Shown here in pieces: positions 13,057-24,760 of a stretch of DNA of 64,000 bases. Numbering within the stretch: the stretch's first letter is position 1; every line of letters starts with the position of its first letter. The position numbers and the translations under genes are program-made. This DNA is from Phoronis australis (lineage: Eukaryota; Animalia; Phoronida): contig NMRA01000267.1 of assembly GCA_002633005.1 (NCBI GenBank), forward strand, positions 471,939 to 535,938, given 5' to 3'. The notes below the pieces were generated by a model. The model ran no database searches, was not told the DNA's origin, and saw only the letters and a list, made by a program, of their open reading frames with translations.

Positions 13057-16000
13057 TTGAGTGCCTCGAGTAGTGTGAGTTTCTCTGGTCTTACAATGTT
13101 TTCCTCCTCATGGTCACAGTTCAATTCCTCTCACCGGCATCGAATGAGATATCACGCTATGCGGGTTCAGCTTACTGATGTGTCTTACTATTGTTTATAT
13201 AACACCTGTATGGATTACGGAATCGTCATTGGCATGTGCCTCCTTTTAGCTGGCGATGTTGAAGAAAATCCTGGGCCTGAAGACAATACTACCTTTAAAA
13301 TCTTATTTTCAAATATTAACAGTAATAAATCCAACAATTTCTTCAGATTCCAACTTCTAGAAAACGTTGTTCTGTCTTACGATTATATGATTGTCGCTCT
13401 TTGTGAAACTTGTAATGTTACCAAAGACGACCTTGATAATGAACTAATCATTCCTGGTTACAGTGTAGCGTATCACAGTAACAGTGGCCGTGGTATCATC
13501 TTATTCACTAAAAACACACTCTCATATAAATTATGTCCTAGCTTAACTTGTCCTCAGTTATGCAACTGCTGGATCGAAATTTATTTCGATCACAGAAAAA
13601 TTTACTATGGGTTGTTTTATCGTTCACCTTCTCAATCTCCAACTGAAAGAAAACTCTACTTCAAAGCCCTAGCCGATCAGTTAGCGGAACTTAACCGCAA
13701 TAGCGTTAGTATAATCATAAATGGTGATTTCAATGCCCGAAACTCTACATGGTACAATGATGATCATGACAATACGGCCGGACTACAATTGTTTGATATT
13801 TTATTGTCTAATGACTGCATACAACTAATTAATGAGCCAACCCGTATCACCGACGTTTCTCATTCATGAATTGACCTCTGTATAACAAACAATTTGGGTA
13901 TCATTGACTCATGTTCTGTACTGCCTCCTGTTGGCAATTCTGATCACCACACTATTGAAACCACTCTAACACTTAGAAAACCGGTTAATGAACAACACAC
14001 TACTCGAACCAACTGGAAATATGATCAGGTCGACACCGATAAACTGCGCCAGAACTTCACCAACACTGACTGGGATTCCATATTGAACACTGGCGACATT
14101 GATGACACTGTTTCACTCTTCACTAGTACTCTCTATGAAATCTTAAAAAACAACATCCCATCAACTGAAAAGATAATTAAACACAACAGCCAACCGTGGT
14201 TCAACAGTAATGTTAAACGGGCAATCCGCACAAGAAACAGACTTTACAGCTCTTTCAGAAGATCTAACAACACTATAATTTACAACAGATACCAGGAGCA
14301 GTCACGTCTGGTTGAAACTTTAGTAAATCAAGCCAAAGCTGATCACCGACACAAGCTTTTTTAACAAATTAACAGCGCAAGCAAGAATTCCAAAGAATAC
14401 AGGAACATCATCAATAAAATACGCGGCAGTCAACAGCAATCCTCCTATCCTGTCATCAACTATAATGGTAACCTAGCATCACGTAGTAGTGACAAGTGTG
14501 ATTTGTTTCTCAAATTTTTCACGAACAAAAGCCACATTACACCAACTGAAGTAAGTAAATTTCCCTTTCTTCGTGAACGTTGTCTCAATCAACTGTCTGA
14601 CATCCCGGCTAATCAAACTGATGTCCGGAAGTATCTCAATGAAATTGACCCCAATAAGAATGATGGCACAGCTTTAATAACCAGCAAGATGATCAAAATG
14701 ATTGCCAACGAAATTACCATGCCCCCGACCAATCTGTTTAACAAACTTCTTCAGCTAGGCATTTATCCGTCTTCTTGGAAACATGGAATTATGGTCCCTA
14801 TACACAAAAAAGGCTCCAAAATTGAAATTTCAAATTATCGCCCAATAACATTACTTAACACCCTGTCCAAAATCTTTGAGAAGATCATTGCTCAAAGTAT
14901 TCTTACATTCCTCAAACAAAACAACTTGATCTATCATCGTCAATTTGGTTTTTTTTGCGTGGGAACAGCACCGTGGCACAACTTGTTGAAATAGTACATG
15001 AGATTCATTTACATTTTGAGAAGGGCGAGAGTGTCAGGTCCATTTTTCTAGATATAGCTTCTGCTTTCGACTGTGTCCCTCACGACCTTCTACTTCACAA
15101 ACTTCGATCCTATGGCATTACTGGTAATCTTTTAAACATGATCACCTCATATCTCTCCGAAAGAACATACAGTGTTCGTGTCGATGGCGTACTTTCAATT
15201 TTATCCCATCCTGGATTTGTAAACGCAGGTGTACCGCAGGGTAGCGTATTGGGCCCTCTTCTCTTCTTGGTTTATATTAATGACCTTCCTGATAACCTGT
15301 CATGTAGCACATACCTTTATGCAGATGACACGGCGCTTTTTTACCCCTTCGCAGGGAGCAGCCCTGAATGTTCTTTGCAGCTTCAACACGACTTAAATAA
15401 ACTAAGCTATTGGTCACAAGAATGGAGAATGAATTTTAAACCAGAAAAAAGCGTTGACCTTACCTTCTCCAAATCTATTAATGCTCTCTTCCTTGTTGAC
15501 CCGTCTTATGACCTTAAACTTAATGATGAAATCATTCCTAGAAAACAGTCGCACAGACATCTGGGTATACTGTTAGATGAAAAACTCTCATTCACCCCTC
15601 ACGTTCGGGAGCTCGTACAAAAAACTCAGGAACTAATTAACCCACTTAAGCTTGTATCTACTCATCTGAATTCTACACATTTAGAAGTTTTGTTCAAATC
15701 CTTTGTACTTCCACACATTGATTATTGTGATATTATATATCAGTCTGCCAATACGGGTGCACTCCAACATTTGGAGAAGTTACAATATAAAGTCGCCTTA
15801 CTCATAACCGGAGCTTACAGGGGAACCAATAGTGTTAAGGTTTTGAATAGTCTGAAGTGGCCCAAACTGTCTACTCGACGCAATCTTCACATAACCACAT
15901 TTACTTTCAAGGTAATAATCAATGTCACCAACGTGTCTGTTAAAAATATTTGATCTATATACTAGACAAGGCCATCGTAGTGATTTGAGATCCTCCACCC

Positions 16001-16539
16001 CATATGCAATTCCTCCGTCGTTCAGTCAGGCATTCAGAAGGTCTACAGTCATGGCGTGCATCAACAATTGGAATTCTCTTCCAGTCTCTGTTAAGGAAAG
16101 CAACTCTTTTACGAGTATAAAAAATAATTTTAGAACTGTTTTTCATAATTTTGATAACTCAACACCTTTGACTCAATTCTCCCTTACCCGCGATAACGAA
16201 ATAGCATTGTACAGATCAAGATGGGGCCTTTTCCTCAACTCTGACAAGTTCAGGCACAACTTCAGTAATGTCTCTCCAAACTGTAAATGTGGTGACCATC
16301 AATCTTATCCTCATATTTTCTTCAAATGTCCCCTCATCGAATCCCTGAGAGACTCACTCTTTCGTGCACTCAATGATAACCAATCAATTGTTAACGCTCT
16401 CAATTCTTGTAATAATATCCCTACTAGAGTTACATTAATACTGAATGGTAGTCCTAACCTTGACTTTGTTCTCAACGAATTCCTCCTAAGCAACGTTAGC
16501 AAATTTTTATGTACCGTTTATCAATATTGTTGCATCTGA
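13057..16539 (+). pseudogene. CR1-group ORF2 (2A peptide + AP endonuclease + reverse transcriptase + Cys/His motif), disrupted
   Basis: Five consecutive ORF-track pieces form one polyprotein. In-frame stops at 13867 and 14362; frameshifts near 14950 (T run) and ~15930. Confidence 0.9.
13255..13278 (+). other. 2A ribosomal StopGo motif DVEENPG|P
   Basis: GAT GTT GAA GAA AAT CCT GGG CCT, preceded by LLLAG; exact match to the D(V/I)ExNPGP consensus. Confidence 0.9.
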
Positions 16540-17072
16540 TTTTCCTACATGAATCTGTACATAGTTTTGTTTTTATATATCTGTAATAGCATGTCTAAGT
16601 ATTAGAATACTTATTTTAGATACAACTTAATTGTATATACCTCTATGTATATAAGTTTCATTTATGAATTGTTTACAACCCAGATATAATGCTTCGCGGT
16701 TTCTGGGTTTGTTATTATTTCTTTGTATGTTCTGTGTATCCTTCAATAAATATATATCACAGTAAAAAAAAATTATGGGACCATCATGGCAATACTTGGT
16801 GTGACCTTGCCAATTTTAGGAGTAAATGTGTCAAGTTTAGGAGAGCATGCCCCGCTTTTAACCACCAGTAAATCAGCAACTGAGAGCGAGATTATACATG
16901 TAGCTGCTCCGCCTCCGGTCGTGAATTTGATGTGATCAGCTTTTACACATTTTTAAGACATTTTCGGAAGATAAGGATCACAAAAAGTAAAGCTTAATTG
17001 GCAAATGTATCAGGAAGTCTATATTTTTAGGTGAGAATTTTGCATAGTAAATAACAGTTACAGATCACTCAC

Positions 17073-17080
17073 CTTTCCAT
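17073..17080 (-). pseudogene. Candidate first coding exon (ATG GAA AG|GTGAGT) of the Myb/SANT-like gene
   Basis: Strong phase-2 donor that joins exon 2 to give MERKLWNGEEE; lies just downstream of a CpG-richer promoter-like patch. Confidence 0.45.
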
Positions 17081-17109
17081 GTTATACCATAGACTATAGA
17101 ATAGTGACT

Positions 17110-17250
17110 GCCAACTCCCGTTAGAGCGCGTTGCGCATGTCGCGGGCCACGGGACATAAGCACTAACGATGAGAGGGCGCTGCACACGCAGGATAGAAAA
17201 CTTCCGGTTTTATGGGGCCGTTCCCTCGTTTCAAGATTTGGTAAAGTAAT
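17110..17250. promoter_or_regulatory. Promoter-like GC/CpG-richer patch
   Basis: GCGCGTTGCGCATGTCGCG (NRF1-like) and CTTCCGG (ETS-like) words in AT-rich context, upstream of the candidate ATG exon on the minus strand. Confidence 0.3.
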
Positions 17251-17630
17251 GAGTCGAAATGCTTGATTTTTTGGAGTGTTTAAGACTTGTAAAAATAAAA
17301 TGCGTATAATGTTCTCTGTCATGTCATTTAAAACATTCACAAGATAATTCAGACATGTTATGAGTTATCAACGCCAGAAACGTCTTCAGATGATTTTCCC
17401 GTGTTTATCATTTACACTTACGCAGTCGCATCAGCTGATTTTTTGTTGCAATTAGTATTGATGTTTGTTTAAATTGAGTACCGTACAAATCAGCTCATAA
17501 TCATGAGCACAAGTATTAACCAACAAAAATGAATTTGTAACTGTTGTTACACAATAAATATTTGTAATTCACACACAGTTTGTTCCAGGGGGAAGGGTCA
17601 GGAGCTAACTGACATTGACATATCATTTGC

Positions 17631-17713
17631 AAAACTTGAGTGTCAAAAATTTGAGTGTCAAAAACTTGAGTGTCAAAAACTTGTGTGTCAAAAACTTGTG
17701 TGTCAAAAACTTG
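17631..17713. repeat. 15-bp minisatellite (AAAACTTGWGTGTCA)x5.5
   Basis: Tandem units directly visible. Confidence 0.9.
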
Positions 17714-20142
17714 CTGTCACTACTATCATAGGCCAAAAGTACATTGCAAGGCAACTTCTAAACATAGCTACGATTATGCAAAATTGGTTCTATACATGAC
17801 ACTTGTTGCTGTTAACAATCTTTATTCCATTCCGTTCGTTTTGTCAGAACATTGGTAAAGAAACTGACCAAGAGATGACAAACTATATTTCAAAAATACT
17901 TGTTTCATCAAGTGGAAATAAAATGACTCAGTAATACCACCACAAAGTAAAAGCTAATCAAATATGCAATGGTACACAGCAAGGTGTGAAATACTGCAAA
18001 GACTGACAAATGGAGGGGGTAACAAGAATGTCGCGCTAACAAGTGCAGCATGACCCTGTTTGCTTCTCATTCAAAATGGGCTTCGTGAATGTAATCGAAA
18101 AGGACTCTCAATATTTTCAATAGCAGCACATCATGCTCTCCATATCGACTGAGTTGACATATTCTCCAGTTTCTTGACAAGTGAGACTTATGATTATGAA
18201 GGTGGGCATGCTCATTAAGACCTAATGTCTATTCCTCTCTTTCAGCTTCTGAACATCCTCTAAATGTTACAAATACATAGAATATCTATAAAGTAATATG
18301 GAACGAAGAGTTGTATCTGGAACGTGATTTTGTGAAAGTTAAATTTTCCCCCAGGACTCTTATGGCTTTTTAACAAAAAACTGAGTTAATTTTCAATATC
18401 GCATTGAGCGTGAATGTTTAATTGCCACAACAGAATTAGTGCCACTATTGAGTAGTGGAGATAAGCAGCTATTGAATTGAAAACGTCAAAATTTGGAAGG
18501 ACCAGTTGGCACTGTAATTCTCTTTAGGGTTTTGTGACCCAACAGATATTCAATGTTCGAAAGGAAACTTGTATAGTATATTTTTTATAAATTAAGTTTT
18601 TGCACTTGATACACAGCGAAGGGAATTCAGTTTTAAGTGTTATATTTTTGCCTGCAGAAGAAAAATGTTATAACATGAAATGAAATGAAACCACCAACTG
18701 AAACAAAATACCACAAAATTTGAAACAGAGAACATGAGAGGTAAAGATTCGGGTTATGAAAGGTTTTCTGTCAGCCTTACTTTTAGTAGTTATCAGATAG
18801 CACAGAACACAAAACAGACATTTTTCATTTTTTTATTTTCCCAGTTCCAATGAGTAAGTAACAGGGGGTCTGGCATTCCCCTGCCTTTACAATTGGTAAG
18901 TGAAAAATGACAACACGAATATGCAATGGGATTTTTACACCAACAAACAACAAAAAAAACATAACAACATTACATGAAGTGTTGCATACATTTCTGAGAA
19001 GGAATACAAAAACACCCTTTGCATACTATGTTTTACAAAATAGAGCTGTCAGAGCAAAGCAAAATACAAATTTCATCAGAAACACTTCAATAGTCTAAAA
19101 TGGTAGCTTTAGCCATTTATATATATTTTTGAAATAGATTTTTGAGTTTTTTAAATTTTGCAGCCTCAAAAATAGCTTTTTTTCAGCAAGTAGCACCCAA
19201 AAATTTCAGGCCACAAAAATATCAAGTTTAGACAACTATATTTGGGAATTCATAGCTTACTGTGTTGCTAAAACAAGATAGAGTCCTTTACATGTAGGTT
19301 AACAACATATTGTCACCAAAACACTTTTAAAACGACAAAACAGTTCAAGAATTACCATGGTTCGGTGAAAATATTTTTTTCCAAAATATTTCAAAATAAT
19401 TCTAAAAATGAAATTGGTGTAACACATGATTTCAAAAATAGCAAAAACCAGAGTATTTCGTCATTTATTCAAAAATATGAATTATTCTTTTTTCCCCAAG
19501 TGAGATCAATGTTTTCACAATCTTAAGTTACGCACCATATGATAAAAATGGTGTGTGCATTTTTAATTAAACAAAATTAAATAGGACAATACAATTTCAA
19601 TGAAATTTAAATCAACTTTATTCCTGTCAAATAATATAAGAATTGAGAGGCGTTGTGTTAGTGACCATCCAAAAAGAGCATACTCTTATTCTAAACGGTT
19701 TTGATGTACTGCAGCCTTGAATAAACAATTATTTTAATGCAAAATATAATTTTTTTTAAAAATGAAACTGATCACAGCCCCACAAGGTAGAAAACATGTA
19801 ACAAAATTATTTTTGAAGGAAATAGACTGAATCTATCCCCAAAACTGAAGTTAAATTGAATTTTAAAAATATTCTGTACTGTTAATAATGAAAATATTTC
19901 ACCAATTTGTGTTTTGACTGATTCTGTTTAATCCATTTGACCAATCAAATTTGAGTTCAGTTTTAACCCTGTAAAGGTTTGCATGGTTCTTGAAAATGAC
20001 TGAATTTACCTTTTTGGAAGAGTACACTTGCAGGATTTTTCCAGGTTAGAAATCGAAAAGGCATTAAATTAAAAAAACTACATTTTCCCATACTTTTATC
20101 AAAAAAAACAAATAAAAGTGTACACTTAAGGCAGTTTGACAT

Positions 20143-20296
20143 CAATAGCGGATTTAGAGGGGGGCCAAGAGGGCTACACCCCCCCTAAAATTCCCCCAGA
20201 TTCCACGATTTGGCAGATCGGGAGTGTCTGAATGACAAAATCCTGGCTAATACTCTGCTCTGGTCCCCCTAATACAAAATCCTGGATCTGCCCCTG
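20143..20296. mobile_element. MITE, inverted relative of 10696-10850; 5-bp TSD GACAT/GATAT
   Basis: CAATAGCGGATTTAGAGG...AATCCTGGATCTGCCCCTG; the flanks match at 4 of 5 positions. Confidence 0.75.
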
Positions 20297-21147
20297 GATA
20301 TACATATCATTAAAATCGGTTCAGTAACGGTCATTTAGCAAACCGAAAATTTATCCATTTATCCCCTTCTCAAGTGCTGCAGTACTTCGATTTTTAAAAA
20401 TATTCATGAATGCCCCCATTTGTTGAAACGGATATCAATACAAAGAAGAAAGTTTAAATATTTCGATGGCATACTTTTCATTTTCCACCACTTTTCGTCA
20501 TGCTAATATATACAATGTATGAGCTTCTGAAAATCATGAAAAATGGCAAAATTTCGCTCTTGCTGAATTTTGGATATATTGGTAAACCATGGCTGTATTG
20601 TAAACATAGTGACGAATGAGAAACTGGATTTAGGTCAATCCAAAATTCATACAAAATCACAAAATTCAAACTAAATTTCATCGTAAATGACTGAGAATTC
20701 AACTGGTGAAAAGAATTATCCATTTAGCTCAACCTTTTCTTTGGGCCAAACTCCTCGATTCGTGTGTTGAACTGTGCCAGCAAGCGGGCCGATCAACAGC
20801 TTGTCAAGTTAATTCCGACACGTTTCGTACCAATAATCCGACTTGAATGGCTCGCATACGCGATTTAGTTTGCATTAAACACAACAAATTAATTTCAAAC
20901 TCAAAAATTTGCTTCGTTAATATGCTTAGCCATGAGACCGGAAGTTTTGCATCCTGCTCACGTACTTTTGCGTTAGGCCGCGAGACTTCACGGAGTCGCG
21001 AATCTCTTTACGAATATCTATGGTTATACACTCTTATAGGGATAGCAGACGACAATGTACTTGACAGGGTAGATTATGCCAAGAGTTAGCGCTGAATCAC
21101 CGCGACTGTCTGTGGTTTTGCATTTCACATCATAAAGAGTTCCATAG

Positions 21148-21310
21148 CAACTCGAGTACGATTCTCAGATTTGAGTACGTTTGGAGTATACATGTACTCC
21201 AAATGCGAGATTAGATACGCTTTTTCGAGTACGACTCCAGTGAGCACGATTTTGGGTATGAAATCTCGAGTATAAGTATGAGTCTGAGTACGGAGATTGG
21301 AGACCGGGCC
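21148..21310. mobile_element. PIF/Harbinger-type MITE fragment (right end GATTGGAGACCGGGCC followed by CAG)
   Basis: Same terminus as the 29981-30381 MITE; GAGTACG subterminal repeats. It abuts GGTTTTGTTAAACCACCTTTATGAAATCGGCTG, the reverse complement of 7880-7912. Confidence 0.6.
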
Positions 21311-22719
21311 CAGGTTTTGTTAAACCACCTTTATGAAATCGGCTGTATGTGTCTACATTTACATAAGCCTGCCAACATCTCCCAAACTAGCAATCACAGC
21401 CATATGGTTTGAATCAGAGAAATGTAGAGGAAACTGCAATGTATGGAATGTGCATGCTCACAACATTCCATGGGTCTCACATTTTTTGAATGAAAATCAC
21501 TAGTCTCCTGGGGTGAGTGCACTATTCCTAGCGCAGCGCAGGTGCAGCTTATCATAGTCCATTGAGTAAACCCAAGGCATTGTAATAGGTTAATTGGCAT
21601 GTCGGTTGACCTCGGCTTGCGTAGGATAAGGATTAAAATGCTAATAAGGAATAAGGTTCAGGTAATTTTTTGATGTCTCTCAAAATGGATATTTAACTGT
21701 TATTGAGGTTCGGTGGTTATTATTTAGGAAATTGTCCCAATGCATGCTCTTTGCCTTACTTTTAAGTGCACTCGCTATTGAGCCATCTAATGTGAGTTGT
21801 AAAACCACTCTTTTCACCTTTAAGTGGGTTTAAAATGTTTAAGTTAATCTATTATGAAATGTTCAATAGAATAGTTTTTATTTTTCTAGAGAAATAATCA
21901 TTCATTAATTTGTCATATTTGATTCAATAAACAGGCAGTCAGTATCCAGACAGCTATGCAAATGAAAGTCATGAGGATGGAGTTACGCCGTCTGCTAAAT
22001 GATCTGTACTGTAATTACAATATATCATTGCAAAAGCTTCATCGTTGTAAATTAATGGGAGAATCAATAACGATAAACCTGTGCTCTATATAACAAATCC
22101 TGCTCCACTGTTTCCTAACTCATCCATCACATCTATGCACCCTCCTATTTATATTCCCGTTTTCATTTGGATATGTGTTCCTGATAAAAAGATCGAGACT
22201 GACATTTATTTTCCGTCTTCAATTACTATGGCCTCCGTAGAGCCATCTTTTTTGCGTCCATGGCTGTATCTCCTTAACCGCTGCAAGGCCCTCCTGAAAT
22301 TAAACAGGTGTGTTCCTGAGGACATAGCAACCGATGATGTCATTTCAGACAAATCTAACTACAGCTGTGCTCCATAGGGTCATTTTTTTTTTACTTTTGC
22401 ATCTATAACTTCAGTTCCTTGATATTTTTCATGAAATTGGCCCAAACGATTTTCTATTTTGAAGACCACAGCATCTTTCTTATTTGTGATGAATTCGACG
22501 TATTCTGCATCAATTAGTGGCTATTTTTAATCTTTTTTTGTCTTTTGCTTCTGTATCTGTCAAATGACGGCAGATGAATATATACGACTACTACTGCTGC
22601 TCCTAACGGCAGCTTTTTTCGTTTACCTTTGTATCTTTGTAGTCCTTTAACGGATTTACGTAATACTTGAAAAATAACTTTGAAAGACGATGTTGGTGTG
22701 CTAGCAGTGAAAGGCATTC

Positions 22720-23049
22720 TGTTCGGTCAGGACCGATGAATGCGTGAAACAGTTCGAGAAGAGAAAGCGGTCCCAGTATAATACTAGTCTAATGAAGGAT
22801 AATATAGTTTATTACATACACTTCTATTGATACTACTGAGTCTGTTACAATGCATGCGATCAAACACTTATATGGTGACATACATGAATAACAACAGGAT
22901 ATACTGAACAAACATGTACTACAATTCCTCATGACTAACTTGGGGGTGTATTACATGATACTCAATTCTCTAAACTACTCCTACACATGCAGTCACACTA
23001 AATCACTCGGATATGGGATCATACTCTAATCAAACGACGACACCTCCCC
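22720..23049 (-). mobile_element. Possible 3' LTR remnant with polypurine tract
   Basis: Minus strand reads GGGGAGG then TGTCG...AATAAA...GAACA (TGT...ACA, ~320 bp). No second LTR or pol sequence recognised. Confidence 0.3.
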
Positions 23050-24339
23050 ATTTTCGAATGGGTTTAATAAATTTTGAGCCATCTGATTGCCATTTCTGTG
23101 ATACAAATATACACCCTCAGAAGGTCTTAGATGATGCAGTGTTATTTTTTTTGCTTAAACAATAAAAAAATCAAAAGAACACCCTATTCTTCATTTTACA
23201 AATATAGCTTTAGATGAATATAAACGTTTAATTTTCATGTAAGCTTAGGGAAAATTTGCACCAGATCAAATATTTGCTTATATTATTGTGAATATTTTTA
23301 CTTAAATAGTTTTGTAAACTTGACTAGAATCCTGGGCCCTGGTGCACACGTGTTAGGTTAGCCGAATAAAGTTAGTTGTTGAGTTGATATATTTCCTGTG
23401 TTGTTCCATTGAAATATGTGCTTAAACCATCTAAATTTTTCTTTGTAGCAACTGCTATGGGAAAAACCTCTCGACTACCTTAGCAAAGTGTTAGGGAGGG
23501 CAAAATAGTTGTTGAAACCAATGTGCCAGGTTAAGTTTTGAGAAAACCAGACTACTACAGCTTGACCAGATTGAAGGGAATTCTGGATTTCCACAAGGCG
23601 ACAGGACTAGTACTGACCGTGACAAGGTAAACTGTGTTATCAATTATGGGCTGAAAGATTAATTAAGAGCTATGTGTAAATCTAGCTTGGTCAGGGTTTG
23701 TTTAAAATGTTTGTTAAGGCTACGTACAGTAGGGCCTCATTGACAAGTCTACATTTAGCCTACAGTCTGCAAAAGTATACTGTATACAGAAGTTAACTCT
23801 GCAAGAGGAAATTCTATGGAATTTAATTGTTGAATTTATACGAATCTGACAAAAACTGCCATGGCCATGCATTTTTATCAAATTTACCACAAAAAAGAAA
23901 CGTACATTCATAACAAAACAACAGGGTCAGTTACATGACCAAATTTCGTATGACATAACTGGTCAATCCGTCATGCAAAAGTGGAACATTTAATAAAAAA
24001 TCCCTCACAGCTTTTAGGGTAACAGTGCACATAACATAGTGTCTGGCATATATTCTGTTCATCAGCTTCTTCCGAGGTACATTTATTATGTTCTGAATCT
24101 GGCTAAAATTCTTCAAAAGGTCTTGCACAAGTTTAAAGCACGTGGACCTTTTCAGAAATAGTATTTTATTATAATTTCAAAATCGCTGAATGTATGTAAG
24201 TGGCTTTCATTGTGTACTACACTTCACTGGTGGGAGCTATGAGTATTTGAGCATCTGTACAACGCAGCCTGTGAAATGTTGTTGTAATATTAAAGCAATT
24301 CACCATGTTCTGAGGCTGTCTGGTTTGCACACTTTACAG

Positions 24340-24760
24340 ATTCCAACAGGAGGAGTCTCAAGAGCAACAGACTTGGCACGATGTCCCACATGCACGAGAA
24401 GTTGCACAAGAGCATCCGGTGGTTGAGCATGTGAACCCAGACCAACAGGAGTCTCAAGAAGAACAGACTTCACATAATGTCTCACATGCAAAAGATGTTG
24501 CACAAGAGCATCCGGTAGTTGAGCGTGTGAACCCAGACAAACAGGAGTCTCAAGAGGAATAGACTTGGCACGATGTCCCACATGCACAAGAAGGTGCTCG
24601 ATCGCATCCACTAATTGATAGTGTGGGGGAGACACCTGATGTAGAGGTTGAAACTGCAAGACTCAACTTAAACACTGTTGTGATGGGGTTCCTCAGTTTA
24701 AAAAGGATGTACAAAGGCAAAAAATTGACCCAAAAGTGGAAGGCTAGAAGTACACACTGA
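24340..24760 (+). pseudogene. Terminal-exon-like frame with ~2.6 copies of a 96-bp/32-aa repeat (QQESQEQQTWHDVPHAREVAQEHPVVEHVNPD) and one nonsense codon
   Basis: TTTACAG acceptor at 24337-24339; frame open to TGA at 24758-24760 except TAG at 24560, where other units have CAG. Product unknown. Confidence 0.5.

Larger units (their letters stand above)
11301..16772 (+). mobile_element. CR1-group non-LTR retrotransposon, 5'-truncated within ORF1, with long inter-ORF spacer, 2A-APE-RT ORF2 and poly(A) end
   Basis: ORF1 tail, then ~1.4 kb non-coding, then ORF2 motifs [34 protein letters not shown] and C-terminal CKCG...HIFFKCP. AATAAA at ~16745 and A-run at ~16763-16772. Confidence 0.92.

Noticed and set aside
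13867-13869. In-frame TGA in LINE ORF2 as selenocysteine or programmed readthrough
   Set aside because: The related copy has Cys here (HSCLDL) and the ORF has other lesions, so ordinary nonsense decay is the simpler explanation.
24300-24659. Minus-strand 119-aa ORF with repeats as a real protein
   Set aside because: It is the antisense shadow of the 96-bp repeat; the plus-strand frame has an acceptor site and a more protein-like composition.
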